DNA of 63,049 nt, filler included, from Rhabdomonas costata (Eukaryota), in assembly GCA_019059605.1 (NCBI GenBank). It is 51 parts of 51 records of this genome, joined end to end, with 100 filler letters (N's around TTAATTAATTAA, not from the genome) between each part and the next. Parts side by side here need not be neighbours in the genome. Positions count along the whole stretch, not along the records: positions 48,295 to 49,433 come from JAHMHO010026699.1; positions 49,534 to 50,671 come from JAHMHO010026700.1; positions 50,772 to 51,909 come from JAHMHO010026701.1; positions 52,010 to 53,147 come from JAHMHO010026702.1; positions 53,248 to 54,385 come from JAHMHO010026703.1; positions 54,486 to 55,623 come from JAHMHO010026704.1; positions 55,724 to 56,861 come from JAHMHO010026705.1; positions 56,962 to 58,099 come from JAHMHO010026706.1; 43 more parts are not named here. The stretch is one strand, 5' to 3'. The first letter of the stretch is position 1, and every line of letters begins with the position of its first letter. This document shows, piece after piece, positions 48,295 through 61,302 of this stretch. The notes beneath the pieces were generated by a model, which saw only the letters and a list, made by a program, of their open reading frames with translations, was not told the origin of the DNA and did no database searches. The translations under genes were made by a program, and so were the position numbers.

Positions 48295-48381
48295 ACGCAC
48301 ACGCACACGCACACGCACACGGGCACGCACACGCACACGCACACGCACACGCACACGCACACGCACAATTACACGCACACA
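48295..48381 (+). repeat. (ACGCAC)n microsatellite
   Basis: Direct reading. Confidence 0.95.
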
Positions 48382-48762
48382 CTGCAGAGAGGTAGAGATG
48401 GCGAAACTACTGGTGGACAGTGGGGTGGTTGGGTCTTCGTCAGCACGGCACCAACTCACTGCACGCCTTGGACGTTCTTTCGTAGATTCTTTGCAACTAT
48501 GTGCTTGAGAGCGGCTTTTCGTGGGTTCTAATCTGAAATCGGAGGATGAGCAGGGTTCTGCGAGTTCCATCATATGGTGCTCAGGGTGCATGGTGAAGGG
48601 GTGAGGGGCACGAAATAGAGTACGCAGGACTTCCTTTTTCCCACCATTCACTCCAGTGTCTTTTAGGATTTTCGAAACAATCCTATAATTTTACCCCTAT
48701 CCCATAACGTGCAGAAGCAAATCAAACAATACGTCCGAAACCATCGCAGGGAATCAGGAAAC

Positions 48763-48973
48763 CTTCGGTCTTCACTTCGTAGCCACGGTGCTTAACCAGC
48801 AGCTGGCGGAGAATCTGGTCGTGGAGGACCAGAGCGGCCTTCATCACCCCCACGGGCATTGTGTCCCACAGCGCAGTGCTGTCCTGGACGTCGGTGAATA
48901 CCAGGGTGACGATTCCTTGAGGCGCGGCGGCGATGACCCTCTTCCTGAGGTTCCGGTTCGCACACAGTTCTTC
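48763..48973 (-). CDS. Class III adenylate cyclase catalytic-domain exon
   Basis: [21 protein letters not shown]...[30 protein letters not shown] and GT bounded. Confidence 0.93.
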
Positions 48974-49306
48974 CTCAAGGGGAAGGCCACAAGGTACAAG
49001 GTGTGATTTTCTATAAGCGACTGTGATCTGACGAGCAAACAGATGAACTGAGGGACACCCCCAAGAATGGCCGAAGACAAGCTGTTTTTGGAGGACTCCT
49101 ACTACTCCATACGATGGGCACGCACGGGAGTTTCCGCTGGAGCACGCATTACTTGGCACAAAGTTCGATTGTGGGTGTCCCAAGAAAAGGCGGATAGTGT
49201 GTGGAAGGCGTGCGTGGAAGGTGTGTATGTGAGTGTGTGAAGTGGGTGCGAGGCGAACTGAAACCGCAACCCCGGACTGGTTTACGATGGGAACACTTGG
49301 TTCATG

Positions 49307-49433
49307 AAAAAAAATCCCATCCCTCCGCTCTTTGTCCCAATTGAATTAGCATTCATTTGGATGCGGGCACTAAAAAAAATCCCATCCCTCCGCTCTTTGT
49401 CCCAATTGAATTAGCATTCATTTGGATGCGGGC
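49307..49433 (+). repeat. 65-bp tandem repeat, two copies, truncated by contig end
   Basis: 49307-49371 repeats from 49372. Confidence 0.9.
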
Positions 49434-51251
49434 NNNNNNNNNNNNNNNNNNNNNNNNNNNNNNNNNNNNNNNNNNNNTTAATTAATTAANNNNNNNNNNN
49501 NNNNNNNNNNNNNNNNNNNNNNNNNNNNNNNNNTGTGGTTGGGTTTTCTGTTGGGTGACAAGTAAACACAGTAGTCTTGCCCACTCCAGGTGCTGTACAG
49601 GTTTGTTGCTGCCATGCTTATGCTGGTTGTGGTTGGCTTCTTTGGGAGTGCCACTTCCATTCGGCACTGCAGTACCGTTGAAAGGTTGAAAGATTGAAAG
49701 CAGTCTCGGGCCTTTCCGATCGTCGCCCATGTTCTGCTCGCTTATTCTTTGTTGGCCCTGTTTCCTATGCCGCATACAGGCAACGATCTTTCTCTGGAGA
49801 TCTTGGAGGGCGGCGGCCCTACTCCGGCCGAGTGAGGGTCACGCAGGCCATGCCTGTGCAGCAGCAAGGGGAGCTTCTGCCCCCGATTGGCAACTTCTCC
49901 CCAGGTACCTGCTCCATGCTTCCTTGTACAATGTCCAGGTGAGGTCGGCTCGAGGGCTGGAAGACCTCAGGTTGCTTGGACCGTGCTTCACACCCATCCT
50001 TCCCGTGTCCATTGAGTGTTGTGCCGATTTCCAGGCAAAAGTGGAACGTGGCCCGTGGAACAGCCCCCCTGCGGGAGGGAGGCTGCTGTACGTTGCCACT
50101 GAGCACTCACACCGGCGAACTGGAACAAAACAGAGATAGGTCTAGCTTTCTTCGCTTTCATCTTACGTTGTTCGTGAATATGAAATGGGATGCAGCTCCA
50201 GGGCCCAATGGAAGTTGCGTTGGGGTGGGGAAATACTGCCCTGAAACTTTTTGCTAACTGAAAATGCTCACGTATGCCAACACCCTCGAAATGACTTTAT
50301 TTGCGTAAGAGGGTCAGGTAAACTTTACCAGTGCCCCCAGATGATTGTTTCTGGTTAGCGGCTGAGAACTACTTCAAGCTAAGAACTCGCCTAAAGCCTA
50401 AAGCTGGGATATGCCCAGACGAGTTGGACAGCGTTAGTTTCGGGGGAAAAGGCTTTGCATGGGCGGCTAATAACAACTTTCTAGAATATGTTACATGGAG
50501 ACAATTGTTACCACTTAATTGTTACCACTGGTCTCCTATCAGTAGTAACCCCCACCCCCAACTTCCACTGCACCAGCTCCAGGCCTCTCTGTTGAGCACC
50601 TCATCACTTGGATAGTTCCAGCCATGTTCAATATCTTCCCTTGATCGCCTCTGTCTCTTCAGACTACCCTTNNNNNNNNNNNNNNNNNNNNNNNNNNNNN
50701 NNNNNNNNNNNNNNNTTAATTAATTAANNNNNNNNNNNNNNNNNNNNNNNNNNNNNNNNNNNNNNNNNNNNCCTGGGCGACCATATGGAGAGGCGGTTGA
50801 TGATTCCAACGAGCACAGTGTGTGTATGTATGTGCGCGTGTGGCCCATTTGGTCCACCCTATGTCATTTAATCAGATGTTATGCTATTTCCCTTCTATTG
50901 ACAAGCTAGAGGGCAAAGCGAAGCAGGCCCGGGGTCTTTTCTGTGTACACTGGCCCAGTTTCCCTTCTTCGTTCGCGCTTTCATTCTTAGACGCGGGAAC
51001 ATCATAACCCTTCTTACCATTCACCCGAAGTGGGAAGTGAATCAAAGGGGTGCTGCGGGGTGAGCCCGACGCAATTAAGTGCACACAAACTTTGTCGGCA
51101 CCGGCATCAAAAGAATATATTGTCCTTTCATCTCAAAAGTGAGAAAGGAAAAAAAACGTCAGCTAACATTTATTTTGAGATTGGACTGAACTCATCTGTT
51201 TCCACTTCCGTCGCCCTGTGTCGATGCCGATAGACACACATGCGCAGATAC

Positions 51252-51656
51252 GTCGTGGTGGAAGCAGCATCCCGCGATGACCCAGAGACGCGCTCGGAAC
51301 ACGGCAAGCCCGTGGTTGCCCCGCGCAGGAAAGGGCATCACCAGAGGCTGGGCCTGCATCCAGCTCCCGTCCTGGCCCGAGGGACTGCTCCACACGTCAT
51401 TTAGAAGGGGCTGGCGGTTCCCGTACCCCGCCACAACCACGACCATCCCCCCAAACACCACCGCCCTGTGGCAGTTCCGTGGAGTGAAGCTGCGGTTGCC
51501 GTCGCTCAGCAGGGCCCAGGTGGAGCCATTCCCGGAGCCCCAGACGTCTCCGAGATGGCCCGTCAGGCCCCAGCCCCCTCCCAGCACGAGCAACTGCGGC
51601 CCTAACACCACGCAGGCCAATTCACGGCGAGGAGAGAAGCCTGCGTCAGCAGTGAC
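51252..51656 (-). CDS. Kelch/galactose-oxidase-like beta-propeller exon
   Basis: Three repeats of F.PR..h..VV....L.V.GG......DVW.S..G..W; 135 codons, AG and GT bounded. Confidence 0.82.
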
Positions 51657-54600
51657 CTTGGTGGGAAGCGAAGCGCAGGGACGCAGGGCCATTTGCCACA
51701 GACGCACAGCGAGGGAATCCCATGGAGCGAAGTCAGAGGTCACCCCATTGAACTTGTGCGAGTGCATTCTTCAGGGAAATTACGGGCAAGCAACGCAGCT
51801 CCGCAGAAGCAGACTGCACCGAAACCGAACTGCAAACCTACCGACCTACAATGCGGCAAACTTTTTGGACCAGCCTTTCTTCAGAGCTGTTTACTCAACA
51901 CCACACACANNNNNNNNNNNNNNNNNNNNNNNNNNNNNNNNNNNNNNNNNNNNTTAATTAATTAANNNNNNNNNNNNNNNNNNNNNNNNNNNNNNNNNNN
52001 NNNNNNNNNGGGGGGGGGGGGGGAGGGGAAGAGGGAGAGAGGAGTGGATAACCTGGATTTTACGTATGCACTACACACCCTGGGAATACAGGAGTCTTCC
52101 GTGCAATGTGCACCAATAGTTTTTTGGGCTAATCTCTCTTTCCTCTAAGCGCTGGGCGCTGGGCGCTGCGAATGCTCGGTGATCGCCAGGGCGCTATCTT
52201 TCCAAGCCCTCTCGGTCACGGGAAAGGCCCCATGGAGGTAGCTCACCTCCTCTCTCACTTCATGAGGCTTCTGTGTATTCTGTGTATTCCTACTCCCGTC
52301 AGGTGGCAGCCGTTATCCCCCCCCCCACTTGCAAACGTCAAATGCACCCTGATGTCGGTTATGCCACCACTGCTGAGGTACCTCTTTCCTGATGCTGTGT
52401 TGCCTTACCTCCAGTTGCCATGGTTACGACTTTTTGCAAGCTCTGGGGTTTTGGCAAGCCTGCAGCCTGCAAATCCTGGGTCGACTAGCAACGGTTCGTT
52501 GCAAATGGAATGGTGTGTGCGCGTCTGACACCAACAACAAAAAAAGCCACGGCTCTTAAAGGCGACACAAGCGCCAGGCAGCCAGACTCGCTGGATGCAC
52601 AACTTGTCCAAGAGTTCACACGTCCTCGGGTTGCAGAAAACAACCACATCCGCTGTTCCTTTTCGCATGAGCGGTAAAAAGAACAAACCATGTCCTTGGC
52701 CGTGGAGTCGGCGTATGGGTTGCGCACCAGCGCGCCCGCCGAGGAGATCCTGCTCCGGTGCTGCAGAATTCCCGCTGCGCCCCCCAAGGAGGCTCCAGCC
52801 ACGAGCTCCGTGGCAGGCCTGCTCTGCAGACTCATCTTGTTTTGTGGGATGCTTCTGTCGGATGGCAAGAAAGGCAAGGGGCAACGCAACATTGAAAAAA
52901 TAGCCCTGGCTCCTCTTCCGAATTTCGCTGTATTTTTCCTTGCATTGCATCAAATGCTGGTTTATGGTGAACAAAGTACAGCCTCCCATATTTCCCACTG
53001 TCATCGATCACTCAATAGAAAAAGCAGACAGATTCGTTAAGGCGCTTGTTGTCCGCAGGACCATCCAAGGGCCAAGACGCCGATGCCAGTACGACCACGC
53101 CCCGCTCTCCCACCCTTCATCGCCTTCCCCCCAAAAAACCCAACACANNNNNNNNNNNNNNNNNNNNNNNNNNNNNNNNNNNNNNNNNNNNTTAATTAAT
53201 TAANNNNNNNNNNNNNNNNNNNNNNNNNNNNNNNNNNNNNNNNNNNNCGTCAGGTGCACAATCTGGGGTGAAAACACGACAGAGTTGGTTTTTGTCCTTC
53301 CTTGACCGTGCGAAGGTAAATAGACACTCTCCGTCCAGGGAATCAGTGGACTCATCCAGCCACACAACTCTCCTCCCTTTTCGTGTAAGATCGAGAAAGC
53401 CTCCAGAATACTGTTTCAGGGGCAGAGACTTTCCAGAACTAATGAGGGGATGGAGTCAACCTACATAAGTTGCAGTACACTACGTGCCTCCTCCATGGCA
53501 AATGACACGTCGAACAAAGAACATACCGATCCTGCGCACCAACCGAGAACGAAACGACTGAGATGGTGATCGCGGCACACCCGGTTTGGCACCTTCCGCT
53601 CGGGGACGACCCGGACCTGAGCTTCCTTGAAACAACCCAAACATTCTCTGTCTCTCTCTCTTTGCCTCCGAGAACGATTGTGGAAAGAGGAATTTGGGAG
53701 CCAACGGGAGGTTGACCGAAATGAAAAAAACGGTTGACAAAAAAAATGAAATGAAGAAAAACGGGCACAACAGTCACACACTCTCCAATATCCAGCTGAA
53801 ACAAAGCGACAAAAAACCGACGGTCCTTGGTTAGGGTGGAAACACCCCAGCACCCCACCCTCCCACCACCGCTTTCTTCTGCGGGACTCCCGCCAAGAAT
53901 TAAACATTTTGTCCAAGCGCTTAATATGCCTCGAAACGTAACCCATGCACACATCATTTATCAAGCGAACGATTTACATGCGGGATTCAAACTCACCACC
54001 ACCACCACCACATCGTTGTTTTTAATTTCTTGCGTATGCACCGCACTGTAACCCGCTTGCGGGGCCAATAACTCACGGTATGAAATTTCGCTACGACACA
54101 GTTAGCAACCCAAAGGGGCTTGGTCTGTTCCCCCCTCCCTCCCTGGTGATGGTGAGGTCAAAAAGTCTGATAGCGTTTTCTATCACCTTTTTAAAGACGA
54201 TAGTAAACACTATCGTCTCTTGCGTTACTAACGTCTTTTTAGACTTCCTATCACCGAGCGAAAATGAACCCTACGTGAGGTGTAATTTTCGAGAATCAAA
54301 ACTTGCCGGTTTTTCCCACGCAGTCTGCCCGTTCCACCCTCCCATCTTATCCTTCCTACTCTCTCCGCTCGCTGATCTTGGCCTCNNNNNNNNNNNNNNN
54401 NNNNNNNNNNNNNNNNNNNNNNNNNNNNNTTAATTAATTAANNNNNNNNNNNNNNNNNNNNNNNNNNNNNNNNNNNNNNNNNNNNGTGTTGTGGTGATTA
54501 AGTAAGCTGTTTGCACGTGGACCCGTCGCTGAACTGTGTGACAAAAAGATATCGAAAAAACTCAATGGTTCCAATTGCTGTCTTACAGCCACCCTATTAT

Positions 54601-54897
54601 GCCTGATATTGAGGAACCGAGGGATTCCAAAATCTAAAAGTCCGGGAGATTAAAGACTGAGACCCCGAAGGCAGCGGAAGGACCGCATGCACTGCTCAGT
54701 ATGACGTCGTTAAACCGCGACCCCTCCGCTTCCCAACGCCCCTGCTTACCGCGGCCCTGCTTACCCCTGCTTACGTGAGCAACCCTAAAACCACACTAAG
54801 ACATCCGAGAAACCAAAACGCCGCTTCTTTCCCTTGGTGCGGGGTTGGTTGAACTCCAGCAAGACGGGACCAGTGGAGGCTGGGGGAGGCGCAGAAC

Positions 54898-55597
54898 CTT
54901 TTCGCCGAGAAAGTAGTTCTCAACTTCCGTGTCCTTCTTCATGTCCTCGGCAATCTTAGAAAGAGCGAGAGAGTGGAGCAGCAGTGAGATAAGTGGATGT
55001 GCACCGTAAGACACATCTGACACCCAAGAGTAAAAATTACACCAAAACAAAGCGGACCACTCCCGCGCCAACCCAACTCATCCTCTGCCATCCTGTCTTG
55101 CACCAAGCAAGTGAACCCACAGACCCTGATTGGCGGCCGCATTGAGCAAAAGCCATCGCATGAAAAGGCATCCGGGGTGACATGTCCACGCCCCTTACAG
55201 TACCTTCTCCAGGTGCATCTGGAGGACACTCAGCGCAGGGTTGGGATCCTCCTTGCCGATAAATTGGCTGATCACGGTGGGAACTCGAAACTTGGGGAAT
55301 CCTGAACACACACAAACGGGGGGAAGCACACAGAGGCAACAGAACTTCACAACAAACAAAAGGAGCGTCCAGACCCCCCGTCCGGCTAAAAAAACGGAAG
55401 CAGCACAACCGCTCAATCAAAATTCTCTCCCGCGCAGTCACAGTAACTAGACTCAGCGGCATAGGCGCAAGCTGCACCACGCTTACATCTCCACTGGAGC
55501 CTCCCTCCCACCCCGCCCCAGTGTCGAAACCGGGCAACACTTTTGCACCCTGCTCGTACAAATGAGCCGAAAAAAGGTATTTCGCCGAGGCAGACAC
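54898..55597 (-). CDS. Multi-exon unknown protein
   Basis: Splice-bounded blocks ...GAGWEGGSSGD|GTAAGC, FPKFRVPTVISQFIGKEDPNPALSVLQMHLEK|GT and IAEDMKKDTEVENYFLGEK|GT. Confidence 0.45.
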
Positions 55598-55723
55598 AGA
55601 AATGCTTCATGAAAACACAACCTNNNNNNNNNNNNNNNNNNNNNNNNNNNNNNNNNNNNNNNNNNNNTTAATTAATTAANNNNNNNNNNNNNNNNNNNNN
55701 NNNNNNNNNNNNNNNNNNNNNNN

Positions 55724-55858
55724 ATAGTTGTCAGCCTTCAAAACAGGTCCACAAGAGGGGCACCCATCACAGCCAGGATGAATCCCACACTTCTGCATCC
55801 ATTTTCGTCGCTTAGAATCATTCCCAGCGATTTCCAGAACATCGTAGAGCGTCAACAT
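55724..55858 (-). mobile_element. Possible N-terminus of a Merlin/IS1595-like transposase
   Basis: MLTLYDVLEIAGNDSKRRKWMQKCGIHPGCDGCPSCG: helix, W...G, then CP.CG zinc-ribbon start; truncated by contig end. Confidence 0.4.
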
Positions 55859-57598
55859 GTCAAAAAGAAAACAAAGAAAAAAAGAGATCAAATCCTGGGC
55901 ACAATAGTACAGTAACGCCGAACATAAGTATTTTCAATGGCGGTTCGCAATGGCGGGCTCGATTGTGTCCGGGCGAGTAAAACCGATAGTATTCAGACAT
56001 CAAATTTGCAGAAGCCGGGTATGGTGTAGCGTGGGTGATCGCTGGCATTCAAGGGTTCGGAACACACAACAAAATACGCCAAACGTCTCTCTCCCTTTCC
56101 ATCAAGAAGGAAAACAGCGTGGTAGATGTTCCGAAGGGCAAAGGCGAAGCAGGCTCGAGCTCAAAAAAAGAACTACAAAGAAAATGAAGTGTTTAAGACC
56201 TATGACAAAAAGTTTCAGATAAATAATGGAAAACACCCAAACTGCTATGCACAGAGAGCTGTTTTTTCCGGGAAAAGGCAGGTTTTGCAGGGAGAAGGCT
56301 GTTTTTTTGGACTGTTCAAAGCAGCACGTAGGTCCCTCAAAGTCAACAGCACGTACCGCAGCTCTCTCTGACAGCTTGGTGGTCCTCCTGACCTGGTCTG
56401 CGGGTCCCGGGAGAGTCCGGGCACCAGGGTTGTGCCCGGCTGCCCCGGGGTGCTCGGGGGCCCGGAAGCTCCCGATGATGACCATTGTACCGAAGCAACA
56501 GAAAAGTGCTGAGGAAAATCACCGGTCTTCACAATATGCTGACCACAATGAATGTATTCACACCCTAACCCAATGCAAACGCGAGAAAAGAAGAGGGAAA
56601 GCAGGAGGGTGAAACCTCCTGTATGGGTCGAGAGAACAGGTGCACTTTCTCGCGCTCTGAACCTTCAAACCGCTATGGATGCGAAAAGGACCCGGTCGAT
56701 ACTCCGACATCCCTACTGCCTCGAACACGATGACAATGACTTCGTAGTGCAGAATATGGTGTAAAGGGGCGAAGATGTCACTGCTGTAGAAGTCATTGTC
56801 ATCGTGTTCGAGGATTTCGAGTCTAATTCAAGCGCGACTTCAAGGTCACCCAACCCCACCCNNNNNNNNNNNNNNNNNNNNNNNNNNNNNNNNNNNNNNN
56901 NNNNNTTAATTAATTAANNNNNNNNNNNNNNNNNNNNNNNNNNNNNNNNNNNNNNNNNNNNGGTGGTGGTGAGCGGGAGCTCGGGAGGTGGGCACCCTGC
57001 TATCTCTCCACGTCGTGGCCAGCTGACTCCGGGCGGATGTGCACCTCGCAAGCGCAGTAGGCAATGGTAGTAGACAAGGACCTGAGCACCTGAGGACATC
57101 CACAAGCCAAGCTGCAGACCACTGTGGATTTATCGAACGAATGAATGCTCCGTTGTGGGTCTTTCTAAGCTCCATCAAGGAGAGGGAAGCTCTGGGAGTT
57201 TTTTTTTTGAGGCGCCTGGAAGCCGAGCCTGGGAGGTTTCGCGAGACACCCACGGAGCCGGCATCGTGTTCATAGTTCGCTTAGGACCTTTGCGAAGGGC
57301 AGAATCCTCACACAAAAAGGGCTTTCTAAGGCTTGGCACCAGAGGGAAGGGAGGAAGAGCTAAGTTTGCATCCATGAGGTAGGGGGCAGCAAGAGTCCGT
57401 GGCCACGGAAGAATGAAAGAATCTGGTGGAGTGGGTGGAGTGGGGGGGAGCAAACCGCAGTTGATAACCTGATCACCAGTTTAAGCCCACTCACCAGCGA
57501 CAACCTGAACGCCGACCCGAAGAGTGACTCAATCCCAAGCCTCAAACTGCAATTCTGGAACCCCATGGAACCTCTGACCCCCTCTCCACTTCCAAACC

Positions 57599-57731
57599 GG
57601 AGGCCAAGTCGGAGTGCAGCACAGGGGCCTCGACCAGCTCCATCGAGCGCTGGGCTAGGCTGTAGCACCAGTACCCCTCCCGGTAAGGGTCGTAGATCGC
57701 ACACCCGAAGCTGACGTCGTCATCGGGGGTC
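57599..57731 (-). CDS. Exon of unknown protein
   Basis: CAG|TPDDDVSFGCAIYDPYREGYWCYSL...DLAS|GT, GC3-rich. Confidence 0.45.
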
Positions 57732-58605
57732 TGCACCACCCACCACCCACCCACCCACCAACAGAACTCTTCCGTGTTATTCGCAGCGTGGTAAATGTCG
57801 CCTCCATACACTCTTATGTCACTCCCGAAGGCAAATCCAGCAAACAGAAAACATTTAGCCCAGCTACACCACACGCCAGTGCAGTCAGATGTCAGCAGGT
57901 TCACAGGAGGCCCCGCCATTCCAGCACGCATCATTGCAAGGTTTGCGCACAAGAGGCATGCTCCTTCGGGCTGTTCTTGCACATTTCCTGCCTGCAGTTG
58001 GCAATCGAGATTCTGCTTCCCGTTCTGTTTCCAGTCTGATTCTCGGGAGGTTGAGATCACCCCTCCACTGCTGGCCGAGAAACAGCGGGAAGTTTGATGN
58101 NNNNNNNNNNNNNNNNNNNNNNNNNNNNNNNNNNNNNNNNNNNTTAATTAATTAANNNNNNNNNNNNNNNNNNNNNNNNNNNNNNNNNNNNNNNNNNNNG
58201 TGGGGGGTGGTGAGCAGGGAGGGTCTTACCATCCGTCTTTCACCGCTCGGATAAAATCCAAAATCCAGCTTCAGGGAAAAAGCCAGCACACCCGGGAGAC
58301 AGGGGGCCAGTTGAACGAAGGATGCAAACTAGTGCGAATGGGACTTTTGATCCAAAGCTACGACTTGTCAACGTGGGTCTCAGAGAACTTCTGTCCTGTT
58401 CTTTGGCGCCGCAGGCAAAACCGTCCAGGTTGACTTCAACAATTCGAGGTCCTCTCTTTTGGGACCTTTCTAGTTTGTTCGGAGTTACGCTTTGAAGACA
58501 AAAAAGGCACAAAAAAAAAAGAAGAAGACGAAGAGAGAGAGAGAGAGAAGTACAGTTGAAAGACGTGAAAGACAATGGAAGACGATGTGGGGGGGCGGAT
58601 CGAGC

Positions 58606-58911
58606 CTGCAGGTGATAGGGTTGCAGCATGGGCTCCACCATCTCTGAGCGCATTTCCACCCACAGCTCAAGCTGCTTCAGCCCAGCCTGCACCAGCTCGG
58701 GGTTAGTCCCTGGCAGGGCGACCGAAGCTGCGGCCGACGGGGGCCCACCTGCTGCCCCACTGCCACCACTCCCTCCGGAGGCGCCTGCGGAGGCTACGGC
58801 CAGGGGAAAGGGCTCGGCAGGCGGGGCGGGCCGCAGCGCCAAGGTGATGTACCGCAGCAGAACGGGGAGGTAGGAGGAGCGCAAGTATGCCGAGGGAAAG
58901 CTGTTGATGCA
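58606..58911 (-). CDS. TRRAP: TRRAP/Tra1-like HEAT-region exon with low-complexity insert
   Basis: SYLPVLLRYITLAL...PELVQAGLKQLELWVE....VEPMLQP resembles TRRAP PYLP.LM.PLV.AL....LVSQGLRTLEL.VD......IQP. Confidence 0.62.
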
Positions 58912-59923
58912 CTGCGCGCATACCCATACCCCCAACATACCCAAACAGTGCGTATACATGAAATGAAAAGAATGGTTCATATTGTTCCTGTGTAGATCTG
59001 AAGTGTCCCTTAGGAGGCTTTCCAATCAGGGTTGACAAGATAAAACGAGACCCACTTGAGTTATATCGAGAAAAAGGAGTACTGTCGTGCAATTGATGAT
59101 TTATGTTGAGTAATTTTCATAGACAAAAACGGACCACACAGCCGCATACCTTGGGAGGTAGTTTCAGCAGCAGCTCCGTATGTGCCTCGCGCTGGGCCTG
59201 AGGCACACTGCACCGCAGAAGAGCACCCAGGGTCTCCACCAGTGCTGGAAAAAAGAAAAAAGAAAAAGAAAAAAGGAAAAAGAACGAAGAACGGAGCCGA
59301 AACAGCTATCAAATGCCGGAAGAGGACACCAACCCNNNNNNNNNNNNNNNNNNNNNNNNNNNNNNNNNNNNNNNNNNNNTTAATTAATTAANNNNNNNNN
59401 NNNNNNNNNNNNNNNNNNNNNNNNNNNNNNNNNNNTTTTGGGGGTGGGGGGGTTCGCTGGGAAGGTGGTGCCCGTCCGTTTGCGATAAGCTAAGATAAGT
59501 GGGCCCGTTGCGTGGAACTACGTTGACCACTTAGGAAGGGTGTCGTGCGCGGTATGTTGGTATTTTGTTCTTTCTTGGGAATAAGAGGTCACATTATGGG
59601 TAATAGCCTGTTTTTGCCTAAAATGACAAAAAGGGAAATGATGCCCCACTGCTCGGTGTGACAGTCAGTGGGGGTATGCCTCGTTTCACGCAGTGGGGGT
59701 ATGCCTCGTTTCACGATCTCCTCGATGAAAAAGCCCCCAGAGAACTTGCATTCAAAATGTCATGCTGTTTCAATGGCACGCCCCTTGTACATAACCTTGC
59801 TTCATTAAATGTTAGAGCTCATTCATATCCGACTTCTTCTGCTGTCGACTCTCCTGCTTCCTCCCTTTCTACCTTTATCTGTCACTCTGTGGTTGTATAT
59901 GGTTGCCCCGCCCCTACTCTCAG

Positions 59924-60198
59924 CCCTGGAGCCCCGCAAGCTGGCGGCGATGCTTCTGGAGGAGCGGGCTCAGCTCCGCCAGGCCCGGGCTGACGTCACC
60001 CAGGCCGCGCTGATCGGGCGCAACCTCCTGGACACCCTGAAGGACCACGAGGAAAGGCTGTTCGAGGCCACCCGGTCACTGCGTGAGCTGCGCGCGGAGC
60101 TCGCCGCGGAGCGGATGGGCTTCCGCGAGGTTAAGCGGGCCCTGAACTACACCAAGGCCGTCAACCTAAGGCTCCTGGCGGGCCACCAGGCAGCCCAG
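59924..60198 (+). CDS. Coiled-coil protein exon with AAxxG (CC1-box-like) motif
   Basis: Heptad-rich LRQARADVTQAALIGRNLLDTLKDHEERL...; CAG and GT bounded, GC3-rich. Confidence 0.6.
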
Positions 60199-61161
60199 GT
60201 TTTGTGTTTGAGCATGCGGAAGTTTTTAGGAACAGACACGGACAAAGGTTGTTTTGAAGCTGAAGAATATAATTCAGCCCACCCGTCCTTCGCTGCGCAC
60301 ACTCAAAGTGATCCACTGGGACGGCCCTTTCCGCACTCCCGCTCTCTCGCTCTCTCTCTCTCTCTCTCATGCTTTTCTACCTTCACTCACAAAGACGCAG
60401 TTACCTGAAGGCCCCAGCCCACGTGTGTGCCCTCGAGCTGGACTCTCCATGCATTCTGGTCTCTCCCACGTCCCGAAGTGATTCGTACTAGGACCTGTGG
60501 TGATGATTCCGGGAAGAGAATGAGGGCAATCAAAAATATGGTGGGCAAGGCCAAACACATGAACAAACAAAACNNNNNNNNNNNNNNNNNNNNNNNNNNN
60601 NNNNNNNNNNNNNNNNNTTAATTAATTAANNNNNNNNNNNNNNNNNNNNNNNNNNNNNNNNNNNNNNNNNNNNGTTTTTTTGTCCGATTGACCTTTGAGG
60701 TGCCTTGCAATGAATTTTCTTGTTGGGGTTTTTTGAAAACTTTTGACATTGAATTTAACGTTGAGGATTTTTGACCTTTGTTGCCCGAAGGGAAATCCAT
60801 TGAACTTTGAACTGGGTGCCGTCGAATTGAACTGAACTTTTTGTCCCCACTGAACTTTGTGGTTTGTGCAACGCTGTGCTGACACTTGTCTGCAATGGAA
60901 AAAACTTGCCGTGGTCAGTAAAACATGGGGGCGAGGTAACGAGACGCAAAAGAAGGGGAGGATTGAGCGCGACCGAGGAAGTGAGTTAGGACATTACCGA
61001 TACACTCGGGGTTTGGTTCCTATTGACAGGTGCTGGCGTGGATGATCAGCAAATGCTCCCCCCCCACCCGAACAAAACTCCTGAGTTGGCGCACGACGTC
61101 TTTCTTTTCTTTCTGTGCATAATGCGCCCTTATTTGTCTTTTTTTCTTTCCTTGTGCATAG

Positions 61162-61302
61162 CTGATGCAGTCAATTGAGTATCCCGTGTACAGCAGCCAC
61201 CTGGGGTTGCACCAGCAGTTCACGGACCAGGCCCTGCGGTGGTTTGCAGAGCACCAGAGGGGCAAGCTGGACTTGACGATTGTCCTGCATACCCTTATGG
61301 AG
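61162..61302 (+). CDS. Hemerythrin-like domain exon
   Basis: LMQSIEYPVYSSHLGLHQQF: LM....YP....H...H..F iron-ligand motif; 47 codons, TAG acceptor and GT donor. Confidence 0.8.

Noticed and set aside
49307-49433. 65-bp repeat as a CRISPR array
   Set aside because: Two adjacent copies with no spacer, in a eukaryotic context with no cas genes.
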